Notes: a model not told the origin generated them from the sequence alone. A stretch of DNA of 64,000 nucleotides from Obrimoposthia wandeli (GCA_977020255.1 CDROCS010000253.1:3782001-3846000), one strand, 5' to 3'; numbered from the stretch's first letter, positions 8,955-20,198 are shown. Program-made: numbers and translations.

Positions 8955-9356
8955 CTACCCTATAGATAGAGGAGCAAGGATTTCTTCTGGAATGGGTTGT
9001 AAACGTTTTTGTTTATCTAAGCAAACCATTTCAATATCGCCAATAACAGCTGGTTTACTCGCATTGGGACGCCATAACTCTTGTCGCCATAAGGTCTTAT
9101 ACTTCCCCTCAAATTGGTAACTGGTACGAACATCGCAAATTTCAGCAAATTCGACACCATCTTGAAAAGTTAAGTTGGCTTTATATACGGCAAAACCTAG
9201 CCCTTTTTCTTGCCATAATGTTGCCAATCTATCACTGTCAATCACGTGTTCACGCGCACGTTCAAAATATTTGAGGAAATTTGGGTGATATACGACACCA
9301 GAATGGTCGGTATCTTCATAATATATTTGTACGGGATGATGGTAAATTTTACTCAT
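8955..9356 (-). CDS. acyl-CoA thioesterase (YbgC/4HBT hotdog family)
   Basis: YYEDTDHSGVVYHPNFLKYFERAR signature. Confidence 0.9.
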   Translation of the reverse strand: MSKIYHHPVQIYYEDTDHSGVVYHPNFLKYFERAREHVIDSDRLATLWQEKGLGFAVYKANLTFQDGVEFAEICDVRTSYQFEGKYKTLWRQELWRPNASKPAVIGDIEMVCLDKQKRLQPIPEEILAPLSIG

Positions 9357-9408
9357 TTAAATTCCATATATTTTGTTCAAAAGTGGCTCAAAAATAACTA
9401 CCGACTCA

Positions 9409-10551
9409 CTAACTACTAACTACTAAAGATAGTTTAAGTTGCTTCATGCCTTCTTCTATTGATATGAGCGGTGTGTAGCCTAAATCTTTTTTGGCAGCGC
9501 TTATATCAAAATAATGACTAGTAGAAAGTTGTCTTGCAACAAACCGCGTCATTATTGGCTCTTTTTTTATATTCAATATTTTATAAAAACACTCTAACGT
9601 CGTACCAACAGCATAAGCAACAGCGCTGGGTACTCTTTTTGTCACCGGTGGTAAATCAACACAATGAAGAATGTTATTAAGCATGGTGGCCATAGTGATT
9701 GGCTGATCGTTGCTAATAAAATACGCCTTACCTATACAAGTCGCTTTGGGTTTGTTCAATGCTACTGCAGCTAATATATGCGCATAAGCGGCATTATCAA
9801 CAAAGATGGTATCGACCAGTTTATCTTCTTTTCCAACAAGTTTTAGCTTACCTGCTCGGGCACGTTCTAATACTCGAGGTACAAGATGGGGATCGTTTGG
9901 CCCCCAAATTAAGTGCGGACGGAGCGCCACGGTTTTTAAAGGCTTCTCTTTCAAACCATGTGAGGCAGATAACACTAGTTGCTCAGCTAACGCTTTAGAC
10001 TCACCATAAAAATTTAAAAAATTATCAGCATAAGGTTGCGATTCATCAATACCAGCCTCATCAACGCCAGCAAAAGTGACACTCGGTGTACTGGTATAAA
10101 CCAAGCGAGTAATGGCAAGTTCTTGACAGGCTTGGATAATATTCTTGGCACCTTGCACATTCGGTTTAAAGTAATCATCTTTACTACCCCAAACGCCAGC
10201 TTTAGCTGCCACATGAAACACAAGGTCGCATGACTGCATGCTCTCTTTAAGACGAGAAAAATCAGTAATATCACCTTGCACCATAGTAACGCCCATTTGG
10301 GTCAGTTCTGGATAATGGCCTCGGGCAAAACCTGTCACCTTAATATCAGCTAAACGCAGTAATCGACAAATAGCTTTCCCCAAAAAACCGCCAGCTCCTG
10401 TAACAAACACATGGTTAGTTTGTGCTGCTAGTTCGCTTAGTGGTTGTTGAACAGCCTCGGTAAAATTGGCTATAACATCGATGTTGTTATGGCTATTACT
10501 TTTGGCTTTGGAATGAGCTGGAATAGCGCTTTTTTGCGAATGTTCAATCAT
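9409..10551 (-). CDS. oleD: 2-alkyl-3-oxoalkanoate reductase (extended SDR)
   Basis: TGAGGFLG, YTSTPSV, YGESK (YxxxK), LRPHLIWGP; position in the operon. Confidence 0.9.
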   Translation of the reverse strand: MIEHSQKSAIPAHSKAKSNSHNNIDVIANFTEAVQQPLSELAAQTNHVFVTGAGGFLGKAICRLLRLADIKVTGFARGHYPELTQMGVTMVQGDITDFSRLKESMQSCDLVFHVAAKAGVWGSKDDYFKPNVQGAKNIIQACQELAITRLVYTSTPSVTFAGVDEAGIDESQPYADNFLNFYGESKALAEQLVLSASHGLKEKPLKTVALRPHLIWGPNDPHLVPRVLERARAGKLKLVGKEDKLVDTIFVDNAAYAHILAAVALNKPKATCIGKAYFISNDQPITMATMLNNILHCVDLPPVTKRVPSAVAYAVGTTLECFYKILNIKKEPIMTRFVARQLSTSHYFDISAAKKDLGYTPLISIEEGMKQLKLSLVVSS

Positions 10552-10576
10552 GGTTGAGCTCTAGTTATACGCTAAA

Positions 10577-12349
10577 TTAGTCAAGTTCATCTTGTGCCCA
10601 TAAGGCAAGCTTTTCACGAAATATCTTAGCGTTATGACGTATATCCACAGGGAAGTTTTCATGGATTAAAAAGTGTGAAATCGCGGATGTTTGTTTATGA
10701 GCAAGTGCAGATACTTTTAACGCTGAGAAGAGGATTGCCTCATCAAAATCTTTATTGTTTTTAGCTTCATCCGTTAACTCAACACAAAGTAACGGCACAC
10801 TTCTACGGTTAATTTTAACACCTACTAAAGCAGTGCGTTTTACTAAATTATGGGTATTAAATATTCGCTCACAAGGGATAGAAAATAAAACCTTCTTATC
10901 GGTTTCAACCCGATGCGCTTTACGTCCACACATCCATAGAGCACCAAATTCATCAAGATAGCCCAAGTCGCCCATACGATGACGAACTACCTGACCAGTA
11001 GAATCAGCACAGTTAGAATGAGCATCATTAGAACCAGCATCAAGAATTTTCGCCTGTGCAGTTGCCGATGCGCGATTATAATATTGTTGGCTAACCATAT
11101 CGCCTTTAACGACGATTTCACCAATGGTGTTCGCAGGCAAGGCTAAATCGTCATGCCATGTTTCAATCACATTGTCGTTAATGTCAATAATACTGATATC
11201 GACGCCATTTACAGGAGTACCTACACAAATACCACCGCCATTGTCAGTTATGTGGCTCGTTGCAAGTAAATCTGCGCTGGCTATTTTAGTCAGCGGTAGC
11301 GATTCGGTAGCGCCATATGACGTTAGCACAGGTACATTGTCGCTAAGTAGTTGGGTAAATCGCTCTATAGAGGTCAGGGTTGCAGGTGCGCCCGCAGAAA
11401 TCACTCTTTTTAAACTCTTTAACTTAACAACGGGTTTATTAGTTCCGGCTTGCCCTAATACTTCTATCAGCGCTGGATTGGCAAATAAGTTTGTGCATTG
11501 ATATTTTTCAATGGCCGCAAAGATAAAAGCAGGATTTGCTTTAATCGGTTTACTGGCATCCATATCAGGAACAATTGAGGCCATGCCTAGTGCAGGACCA
11601 AATAATGAAAATAATGGGAAGGTTGCTAAATCACGTTCGCCAGGCTTAATGGCATAATCTTCTTTTAACGCAGTAATTTGTGCTTCAAACATTTTATGGC
11701 TATAAACCACACCTTTAGGCGTACCGGTACTACCACTGGTAAATAGAATGGCTGACATAGCATCATCGCTAAGTTTCACCATATCAAATGAGCTTGTTTT
11801 TTTAGGTGCTGGGTTCTTTTCTACAGGGTAACGAGTTAACAACTTAGTTAAACTCATGCCACCCATAAGTGAAGCGAACACATTTGCGCCAGCACCAGAA
11901 CCGGCTTCAGTAACCGTTAAGAGTTTTTTAACGCTGGTTTTACCCCAACCAAATAATAATCGGGCTATGTGGGCTTTAGGGATCCCAATAAAAGCATCAG
12001 GCGCAGATTCAACAAAACATTGTTTAAGGTTTTTAATGCCCATGCCTGGATCAACTAAAATAGGGATAATACCTGCTTTAAATAACGCAAACGTTAAGGA
12101 GAAAAAATCAATACTTGGGGTGACCATTAACACCGCTTTCATGCCTGACTTTAGGCCATAAGCATTTAACGCATAGGCAATTTCATCACTACGTTGGTGT
12201 AAAGAAACAAAATCAATTTCTTGATAATTAAGTTTGCCTCGTTGGCTTTTTTGTACCGCAACAGCTAACGCGTTGGGCGTTGCTATTGCTGCATGTGCGA
12301 GATGGCGACATAAATTAGCTTGATTGGACTTATCCATGGTCTCTGTCAT
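10577..12349 (-). CDS. oleC: olefin beta-lactone synthetase (AMP-dependent ligase)
   Basis: [52 protein letters not shown]. Confidence 0.92.
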   Translation of the reverse strand: MTETMDKSNQANLCRHLAHAAIATPNALAVAVQKSQRGKLNYQEIDFVSLHQRSDEIAYALNAYGLKSGMKAVLMVTPSIDFFSLTFALFKAGIIPILVDPGMGIKNLKQCFVESAPDAFIGIPKAHIARLLFGWGKTSVKKLLTVTEAGSGAGANVFASLMGGMSLTKLLTRYPVEKNPAPKKTSSFDMVKLSDDAMSAILFTSGSTGTPKGVVYSHKMFEAQITALKEDYAIKPGERDLATFPLFSLFGPALGMASIVPDMDASKPIKANPAFIFAAIEKYQCTNLFANPALIEVLGQAGTNKPVVKLKSLKRVISAGAPATLTSIERFTQLLSDNVPVLTSYGATESLPLTKIASADLLATSHITDNGGGICVGTPVNGVDISIIDINDNVIETWHDDLALPANTIGEIVVKGDMVSQQYYNRASATAQAKILDAGSNDAHSNCADSTGQVVRHRMGDLGYLDEFGALWMCGRKAHRVETDKKVLFSIPCERIFNTHNLVKRTALVGVKINRRSVPLLCVELTDEAKNNKDFDEAILFSALKVSALAHKQTSAISHFLIHENFPVDIRHNAKIFREKLALWAQDELD

Positions 12350-12406
12350 TTACACTTTACCTATTAAATAAGTCCTACTAAATGATACCAATCGGACTAA
12401 TTTATT

Positions 12407-13354
12407 CTAAGCTAATTTGGCTTCGCTTGTTTTTAAGAAATCATCTATTAAGGGAACGACTTCATCACTAGCATCTTCTAGAATATAATGACCACAATCA
12501 TCAAAAGCATGAACTTGTGCATCAGGAAAACGTTGTTGCCATTCATCTAAAAAGTGTTTATCAAAAACGAAGTCTTTTAAGCCCCAACAAACTAATACCG
12601 GTAGCTTTTTAAACTGCGCTAAACTGCCCGCAATATCAGAGACTAATTGATAATTTCTATCCGCTGGTTTTAACGGAATATCCTGAATAAAGCGCAAGGT
12701 TGAAATACGATTTGTCCAAGAATTAAAAGGTGCTACATAAGCTTCGCGTACTTCTTTAGACATTGCTTTTCGCTTTACACCAATATATGAAGCAACACTT
12801 GAAAAAGCATTGAAGCCTCTCACTAGTGCAGTTCCTACAAAAGTATTACGGCCTAACCATAAAGCAGGTGGTAGCTTTTTAGCTTTAGGTAAATGAAAAG
12901 CGCCAGTGTTTAAAATAACCAGACGTTTGATACGTTCAGGATAGCGCGCAGCATAACCCATACCAATCATTCCGCCCCAATCATGTACCACTAGCGTAAT
13001 ATTTTCTTTTACGTCTAAATGTTCAAGTAATGCTTCTAGGTCATCTATACGATTCGCTAGGGTGTAATCATAACCGTCATCATCGGGTTTATCAGACAAA
13101 CCACAGCCAATATGATCTGGCACTATACATTGGTGATTCTTACTTAATTGGCTAACTAAATTACGGTAATAAAAAGACCAACTTGGATTGCCATGAACCA
13201 TTACAACTGGAGAGCCCTGCCCTTCATTAACATAATGATATTGATGACCATTACGATTGATAAAATTGCGGGTAAAGGGAAATAGTTTTGTTAACTTCTT
13301 TTCTAGCATACTTTCTAACATAACATTTGACATAGTTTTTGACATAGTTACCAC
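12407..13354 (-). CDS. oleB: beta-lactone decarboxylase (haloalkane-dehalogenase-like alpha/beta hydrolase)
   Basis: HGNPSWSFYYR, PDHIGCGLSDKP, VHDWGG (nucleophile Asp), GHYILED. True start may be a downstream Met. Confidence 0.9.
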   Translation of the reverse strand: MVTMSKTMSNVMLESMLEKKLTKLFPFTRNFINRNGHQYHYVNEGQGSPVVMVHGNPSWSFYYRNLVSQLSKNHQCIVPDHIGCGLSDKPDDDGYDYTLANRIDDLEALLEHLDVKENITLVVHDWGGMIGMGYAARYPERIKRLVILNTGAFHLPKAKKLPPALWLGRNTFVGTALVRGFNAFSSVASYIGVKRKAMSKEVREAYVAPFNSWTNRISTLRFIQDIPLKPADRNYQLVSDIAGSLAQFKKLPVLVCWGLKDFVFDKHFLDEWQQRFPDAQVHAFDDCGHYILEDASDEVVPLIDDFLKTSEAKLA

Positions 13355-14397
13355 TTAAGCCCCAACATCATACAATTTAAGCCACTGCCTATCCCTAAAA
13401 AGCTAACATTATCGCCTTTTTGTAAGAAACCTTGATCATGAGCCATAGCGGCGGTTACCGGTAAAGAAACCGTACCCATATTGCCAAGTAACTTAAACGT
13501 TGGAAATTCTTTTTCAGGGTTAATGCATAAGGCGGTTAGCACTTTCTTTTGATTCGCGGCGCCCACTTGATGGCAAATAACTTTATCAACGTTTTCTTCA
13601 ACCCATTGACGTTGTTCTAAAAAATGTTCCCAGGTATCTTTCGCTAACGAGACACCCTCTTTAAGTAAACTTACAGCGTCAGTACGCATAAATTCACGGA
13701 ACAATTGTGGGCCCACTTCTTTTAAACCCCATTGACACAAATTATTATGTTCGGGTGCCGATAAGTGACTGGCCCCTAATAATTGATGATTACGGTCGGT
13801 ATCTAGATGTAAACTACCATCGGTAAGTAATACCGCAACAGCGCCTGATCCACCCGTTAATGTCGCTAAAGAGCGTGCATAATTTTGCATCGTTGGGTCG
13901 GCGAGCATGTCATCGATGGTTACATCAACAATATGACGTGCTGATTCACACGAAACCACAAGGCCAGCTTTAATTTGCCCAAGTTCAATACGATTCGCAA
14001 TATCTAAAATACCCGATAGCACACCTAAACAGGCATTACTGATATCATAAATTGCTGTGTCTTTTAACACGCCAAGTTTAGCTGCTATTCTGCACGCTGT
14101 AGCTGGCTCGTGTTGATCACGACAGACACCGGTATAAACAACTGCGCCTATATCTGCCGCAGCGATGCCTGTTTCATTCATTGCTTTTTGGGCAGCAACA
14201 ATAGCGCCATCTGAAAGAATATGATCTGTTGGCCACCAACGGCGTTCATCAATCCCAGTTAAGGCAGTGAGTTGCCCCATTGGAATACGAAACTTTTGAT
14301 ATAACGGGGTCAAACGAGATTCAAGCTCTGCACTGGTTACCACTTCAGGGGCCAGTTCATAAGCTAAGCTATTAATAAAGACGCGGGAATATTTCAT
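13348..14397 (-). CDS. oleA: long-chain acyl-CoA condensing enzyme (thiolase/FabH fold)
   Basis: HEPATA (Glu), SNACLG (Cys), ICHQVG (His), LGNMG (Asn), LGIGSGLN. Confidence 0.92.
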   Translation of the reverse strand: MKYSRVFINSLAYELAPEVVTSAELESRLTPLYQKFRIPMGQLTALTGIDERRWWPTDHILSDGAIVAAQKAMNETGIAAADIGAVVYTGVCRDQHEPATACRIAAKLGVLKDTAIYDISNACLGVLSGILDIANRIELGQIKAGLVVSCESARHIVDVTIDDMLADPTMQNYARSLATLTGGSGAVAVLLTDGSLHLDTDRNHQLLGASHLSAPEHNNLCQWGLKEVGPQLFREFMRTDAVSLLKEGVSLAKDTWEHFLEQRQWVEENVDKVICHQVGAANQKKVLTALCINPEKEFPTFKLLGNMGTVSLPVTAAMAHDQGFLQKGDNVSFLGIGSGLNCMMLGLKW

Positions 14398-14730
14398 TTA
14401 GGTGACTGTTGCTTATTATGTCTAGGTTATCTGTAGCAATACAATTTTAAATCCATCGATGTATTGAGGAAACATGCGAACTAAGTAACCAATGTTAATT
14501 ATTTATGACTCTGGGGCGCCATTTGAGCAAGAATATGCCAAGGATTCAACCAAAAATATGATTTATCGGTAATCTACCGTAAATTATATTAAATTATTTA
14601 AGTTATCCTAAGTTAACTGTAATTAACCAATGTCATGATGATAAATTATCTAAGCCCACATAATGAGAGCCTAGATAATTCAAGACAAGTATTGGTAGTT
14701 AGCGCATGATTTATCTTTCTCTTCAACTCT

Positions 14731-17700
14731 CTATTCAGTTAAATATTTTGTTCGAGGTAATCTCACCACCGACAATACAACCAAAGCGAACAAAACAAAG
14801 AAGGAAAAACTACCACTGCTCGATTTTTCAGGGGTAACTTCAAGTGAAATAGTATTGTTGTCAACCACGGCTATGCCGCCAGGATCATCAATCACACCAT
14901 TAGCAATGCCATCTGCATCATTTGCGCCGCCATCTTCAATGAATAATTTTAAACAAGTATCTCCAACATTAAGGCCTGCTTGATAAAGCTCACTGTGTGG
15001 TGGCGGACAAACACCATTAACAGCCTTACTGGTGGCAATTACGTTATTACTGTCTTCAGCAAAATCTGCCCATTGCTGTTCAGCGTTTACCTTACGATAA
15101 ACAGAGTATTCAACGATAGCAGCTGATAGGGGTAAAACAATGGCAACTGAGCGACCAAAAGGGGCTATGTTGTGTATTTCAAAATCAAAATAGCCCATTG
15201 TATTCGTTAAACTATCTTGTTCAACTAAACCTGTAGCCAAAATTTCTTGTTGCGTAAGCGCTATACCATCAGAGCTTTGCAGCAGCGCAAACTTACCCAG
15301 TTTTAATCGCAAGCCTGGCTCAGTTTCCGCTAACTTTACTAATGCCGCATTAATATGTAATGGCTGTAAGTATGGAATTGTTGAATTATCCATGTAAGCG
15401 GGCAATCCGTCTGAGTCTTCATCGCTAAAGCCTTCAACCAAATCACTCATGCCATCTCTATCACTATCTAAACCACGTAATGTTCGTTGAGTCGCCAATA
15501 AAGCTAGGTAAACCTGCTTAGTTTGTGACAGCTCTTCTGTACCGCTATTGGTGGTATTACCGCTATCAGTGACTGTGACGCTAAGATTAATAAGGCTTTT
15601 ATTCTCTTCAGGTAGATTCAAACCATCGACGGGGAAGACAAGTTGTAATTTATCCGTTGAAAGCACAGCATTTAAATAGTCAGGAATTTGCCAGTCAATT
15701 TGATGAGTATCTTGAACATTAGAGTCTTTAATACTCAAAACGACCGTCACTGCACCATCATTACTAGCAACGCTAGGTACCTGTACGCCTTTTTGCCAAA
15801 TTGCTAGACTAATAGTTGGTGCAACATTACCTTCTGTAATTGTGATGAGGTGCTTAGCGTGGACACCAGCATTTACCCCTTGTTTAAAGCTAAGAATAAG
15901 TTGTTCATCACCCTCTACTTGAAAATCATTATTCACATTGATATCAATAAAGCCTGAGGTGCCCTGCGCTATCACGATCTTGTTATCGCTAATAGTGTAA
16001 TCCGCATTATCGACAGTACCTGTGATTGTTAATGGTAGTGTCACAGGGTAAGCAGGCGCTTCACCGGATAACACCACTTCTACTTGGGCAATACCACCTT
16101 CAGCAACAATTTGTGCAGAGGAGAAGTTCACTAACGGATGAATATTTAATACCTGTTTCACTTCGGCCAAATTGCCGGCATTATCTACTGCTCGCCAAAG
16201 AATAGGAATTAAACCAGAGCTGACATTTTTAGCACCCGTTTCAAAGCCTAAGGCCGTTAAACCACAACAGTTTTTGCCATCAAGACCATCACGTACTGTA
16301 ATGCTGGTTAAGTCGATTAATCGCTGTAAGTCTAATCGAGTAAAGGTATGATCAGCATATATGTGTACTGACTGTGGTGGCGTAATAATTGGCGCGTAAT
16401 CATCCCGCAAAGGATGGCTGCCTGCTAACGCTTCTGCTACGTTGCTAACACCATCAGAGTCAGTATCGTATAGTCCATCTTCATCATTAAGCGGATCAAA
16501 GTTATATAAAACTTCAAATTCATCACTCATGCCATCACCATCATCATCTAAATCAGCATTATTACCCACAAGATCGCCATCAGTATCTAAATGTTCTTTG
16601 GCATCTAGTGGTAGCTGATCTTCAAAATCTAATACACCATCATCGTCATCATCACTGTCAAAAACATTACCTAAACCATCACCATCAGTATCAAATGCTT
16701 CAACGGGGTTATTAGGAAATGCATCTTCAATATCTCTGACGCCATCATTGTCATCATCACTATCGCTGTTATCACCTAAGCCGTCATTATCAGCATCAAG
16801 CCATTCAGTTTTATCAAGAGGAAATAAATCAATACTATCTGATCGCCCATCACCATCATCGTCGGTATCGGCATTATTACCCGTACCATCTCGGTCAGTA
16901 TCAAACCATTCTAGTGGATCAGTATCAAACGCATCTATCGCATCAGAAAAACCATCATTATCATCATCACTGTCAGCATTATCGCCGACACCATCGCCAT
17001 CGCTGTCGAATTGCTCGTTAGCATTTAGTGGATATCTGTCATCGCCATCTAAAACGCCATCACCATCATCATCGAGGTCAGAGTTGTTACCGATTTCATC
17101 ACCATCAGTATCAAGCCATTCAGCTGAAATTAAAGGAAAGGCATCACCACCATCTAGAATACCATCATTATCATCATCGCTATCAGCAAATCTATTTCCT
17201 AGACCATCACTGTCAGTATCTAACCATTCAGTAGGATCTAATGGAAAGGCGTCAGTTGCATCAGGTTCTACATCTCCATCATCATTAAGATCGGTAACAT
17301 TTGGAATACCATCACCATCAGTATCTGTAGTTGCTAGCATTTGAAAGGGAAAAGCATCATTGCCGCTATAAACAGGATCTGAAAGGTCACTATAATTACC
17401 AGAAGAAAATAGTCCATTGGTTATAGTATCGCCATCAATATCGGTGTCTCCTCTATCACCTACGCCATCACCATCAAGATCTTTTTGTTCACTGAAGTCT
17501 AAAGGGAAAACATCACTTACATCCGGTTCTCCATCACCATCATCATCACTATCAGCAAAAGTATTTCCTAGGCCATCGCCGTCAGTGTCTATATATTCCG
17601 CTGCTGTAAACGGAAATGCATCATTACCAGTAAAGACTGTGTCTGATGGATCAGTGTAATTTCCTGAGGTGAATGGGCCATTGGTTACACCATCTCCATC

Positions 17701-18819
17701 AATATCATTATCGCTTTTATCCCCTAAACCGTCGCTATCAGTGTCTTTTTGCTCACTAGCAAGAAAAGGAAAAGCATCATTGGTGTTTAGTACTCCATCA
17801 CCATCAATATCAGGATCACTATTATCGCCTAAACCATCCGTATCTAAATCAAGATGTTCTGTGCTATCTAATGGAAAAATATCGATGCTGTCTTGAACAC
17901 CATCACCGTCATCATCATCGTCAGCATTGTTACCTATGCCGTCATTATCGGTATCTAGCGTTTCTAATGGGTCGAGTGGCATATCATCGTCAACATCAAG
18001 AACGCCATCACCTACACCAGTCACATCATGTGTATCATCATCAGTATCAGTATTGTTACCGATACCATCACCATCGGTGTCAAACCACTCAGTATTATCG
18101 TAAGGAAAAACGTCAAGGGTATTTACAATGCCATCATTATCAATATCAGGGTCTTGCGCATTACCCATGCCATCACCATCGAGATCGGCATTAACATTAA
18201 AGTCTAATGGAAAGGCATCATCACCATCGTTTACACCATCACCATCATCATCTATATCAGCATTGTTACCAATACCATCTAAGTCAGTATCTATTGTTTC
18301 AAGGGGGTCAAGAGGGAATTGATCGTAAACATCAAGAACACTGTCATTATCATCATCAGGATCGTCATTATTACCTATGCCATCAAGATCAGAATCCAAG
18401 CTTTCTTGCCTGTTGAGTGGGAATACATCAAGTAAATCAGGTACACCGTCGTTATCATCATCGGTGTCAGTATTGTTACCTATATTGTCATTATCGGTAT
18501 CAAGCCATTCACTGGGATCTTTTGGCAGGGGATCATGTATATTGATAGCTAAGTCGCCATCATCGTTATTATCATCACCAAAAGGAAAACTATAACCATT
18601 ATCAAGACCATCACCGTCAATATCAGGATCGGAATTATTGCCAACACCGTCAAGATCGGTGTCAATCCATTCAAGTGGATCAGTAGGGAATAAATCGATG
18701 GCATCATCATAGCCATCACCGTCTGTATCTACGGCAAAAGCACTGGTACTAATGACCAGTGTAAGTATGCTTAAAAATTTAAAGGTACGTATTTTATACT
18801 TCAACACACGTTTCTCCAC
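14731..18819 (-). CDS. large secreted thrombospondin type-3 (DxDxDG) repeat protein with Ig/Calx-beta-like domains and a GlyGly-CTERM-like tail
   Basis: Signal peptide ending AFA; dozens of DxDxDG...DAFPxDxxE repeats over about 800 aa; beta-rich domains; EDGGANDADGIANGVIDDPGG; C-terminus SSSGS followed by a hydrophobic helix and RLPRTK. Confidence 0.85.
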   Translation of the reverse strand: MEKRVLKYKIRTFKFLSILTLVISTSAFAVDTDGDGYDDAIDLFPTDPLEWIDTDLDGVGNNSDPDIDGDGLDNGYSFPFGDDNNDDGDLAINIHDPLPKDPSEWLDTDNDNIGNNTDTDDDNDGVPDLLDVFPLNRQESLDSDLDGIGNNDDPDDDNDSVLDVYDQFPLDPLETIDTDLDGIGNNADIDDDGDGVNDGDDAFPLDFNVNADLDGDGMGNAQDPDIDNDGIVNTLDVFPYDNTEWFDTDGDGIGNNTDTDDDTHDVTGVGDGVLDVDDDMPLDPLETLDTDNDGIGNNADDDDDGDGVQDSIDIFPLDSTEHLDLDTDGLGDNSDPDIDGDGVLNTNDAFPFLASEQKDTDSDGLGDKSDNDIDGDGVTNGPFTSGNYTDPSDTVFTGNDAFPFTAAEYIDTDGDGLGNTFADSDDDGDGEPDVSDVFPLDFSEQKDLDGDGVGDRGDTDIDGDTITNGLFSSGNYSDLSDPVYSGNDAFPFQMLATTDTDGDGIPNVTDLNDDGDVEPDATDAFPLDPTEWLDTDSDGLGNRFADSDDDNDGILDGGDAFPLISAEWLDTDGDEIGNNSDLDDDGDGVLDGDDRYPLNANEQFDSDGDGVGDNADSDDDNDGFSDAIDAFDTDPLEWFDTDRDGTGNNADTDDDGDGRSDSIDLFPLDKTEWLDADNDGLGDNSDSDDDNDGVRDIEDAFPNNPVEAFDTDGDGLGNVFDSDDDDDGVLDFEDQLPLDAKEHLDTDGDLVGNNADLDDDGDGMSDEFEVLYNFDPLNDEDGLYDTDSDGVSNVAEALAGSHPLRDDYAPIITPPQSVHIYADHTFTRLDLQRLIDLTSITVRDGLDGKNCCGLTALGFETGAKNVSSGLIPILWRAVDNAGNLAEVKQVLNIHPLVNFSSAQIVAEGGIAQVEVVLSGEAPAYPVTLPLTITGTVDNADYTISDNKIVIAQGTSGFIDINVNNDFQVEGDEQLILSFKQGVNAGVHAKHLITITEGNVAPTISLAIWQKGVQVPSVASNDGAVTVVLSIKDSNVQDTHQIDWQIPDYLNAVLSTDKLQLVFPVDGLNLPEENKSLINLSVTVTDSGNTTNSGTEELSQTKQVYLALLATQRTLRGLDSDRDGMSDLVEGFSDEDSDGLPAYMDNSTIPYLQPLHINAALVKLAETEPGLRLKLGKFALLQSSDGIALTQQEILATGLVEQDSLTNTMGYFDFEIHNIAPFGRSVAIVLPLSAAIVEYSVYRKVNAEQQWADFAEDSNNVIATSKAVNGVCPPPHSELYQAGLNVGDTCLKLFIEDGGANDADGIANGVIDDPGGIAVVDNNTISLEVTPEKSSSGSFSFFVLFALVVLSVVRLPRTKYLTE

Positions 18820-18990
18820 GGAGAGTATTATCTGGAATTAAAACCAGATATTTATGTCAAATAACTTAGCAAAGCTATAAGGCATAAAGGGATAGAATAA
18901 GTTTAACTGCAACAATCCGTTTGCAGGTTTTCTTTATAACGGCCAATGTACATCTAACTTGAATAATTAATGTGTTACTAACTCGTAACA

Positions 18991-19596
18991 TTAGTAGCCA
19001 ACTTGACGACCAAAGCGATAATTAAAGCCGATAAATACAGTACTGATACTGCCAAAATCAGAATAGCTAGGATAATGTTTGAAACCTATATGCATAGCTG
19101 AGTTTTTGGTGAAGCTTTTTTGAAGGGAAATGGACATAACAGGATTGATATCGCCTTGCTCAGCAAAGTAAACATCATCTAATTTAAGATCCGGATCAGG
19201 AATTAGTTTATTTTCGCTGAGGTTAATGGATGCGCCCAATTGAAATTCAAGCATAAGGCTACTGATAAATTTATCATAAGACTTAGGGTAATAACGATAA
19301 GCTAAAGAGAGATCTACTGTTTGGAGGGTAAAATCAAAACCTGCTTTATCCCAGACCTTACTTGTTTCATCCAAGTCGCTAATCGCTACGTTTTCAAGGC
19401 GATTGTAACTTACCTGCCAATTAAACGCCTTTTGATTAAAAAATTCATCACCTATTGAAAGGCTATAACCAAAGCTTTTATCTTGATCAACTTTATGAAG
19501 TTGCACTGAGCTTTCTAATGCATGAGTTTTACTGGTCAAAAGAACAATAAAAAGACATAACACTTGAGCGATATACGGACGTTTTTTCGTGGTCAC
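18991..19596 (-). CDS. outer-membrane beta-barrel protein (OmpA-barrel-like)
   Basis: Signal peptide (THA), alternating aromatic beta-strands, ends FIGFNYRFGRQVGY. Confidence 0.7.
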   Translation of the reverse strand: MTTKKRPYIAQVLCLFIVLLTSKTHALESSVQLHKVDQDKSFGYSLSIGDEFFNQKAFNWQVSYNRLENVAISDLDETSKVWDKAGFDFTLQTVDLSLAYRYYPKSYDKFISSLMLEFQLGASINLSENKLIPDPDLKLDDVYFAEQGDINPVMSISLQKSFTKNSAMHIGFKHYPSYSDFGSISTVFIGFNYRFGRQVGY

Positions 19597-19858
19597 TATT
19601 TTATACTCCTGCCAACATTTTGTCGGTTTTAAAGGATGACTAATAAATAGAGTTAAGCAATTATCACACCAAAAAATTAATACTTATTTTATCAATAGCG
19701 TTTCAACTAAATTATTCAGCGCTCGGATATAGTGATAGGGGATAGGAGGTTGGGGTTCGCATTACCATTTGGACTGCCATTGAGAGTGGCATTAGCACAG
19801 ATAATGGCGGTAAATTGACGGATAAATTTTTATTTTATTAGCACCTGCGTGCTTTATC

Positions 19859-20172
19859 GATACCCGTTCCACTTGAAGATACAGGATTCAGCTGGCATTA
19901 GAAACGCCTTTAGGCAAGGCATTGATTGAAGAGCATAGTTATTCTATTGTCGAAATCAATAACGCAGCATAAAGCGTTTCTAAACCAGCCTCTTGTGGAA
20001 GGCTGAGCAAATCATACTCTGCGTTACCTTTATTTTTAAGGACGCTACATGGATGGTGTTCTTAGTGAATGCAGGAGCACATTTTCCTGAATGACCCTTA
20101 ATAAAAAAATGTGCCTTGATTATGAATCGCTCAGACTTCCTGAAATGAGCATATTCAAGTGGAGTGGGTATA
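19859..20172. repeat. ERIC-like/MITE-like intergenic element (314 bp)
   Basis: Ends GATACCCGTTCCACTTGAAGAT and ATATTCAAGTGGAGTGGGTATA; internal layout is collinear with 1594-1905. Confidence 0.8.
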
Positions 20173-20198
20173 CACAAACAAGCAGGTGCTAATACGGC

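Noticed and set aside
14526-14541. Sigma-54-like promoter upstream of oleA (TTGGCATATTCTTGCT on the minus strand)
   Set aside because: The GG-to-GC spacing is one base shorter than the strictly conserved -24/-12 spacing.
16748-18595. Ser/Pro-rich and His-rich + strand ORFs in the track
   Set aside because: They are antisense shadows of the GAT/GGT-rich DxDxDG repeats of the 14731-18819 gene.
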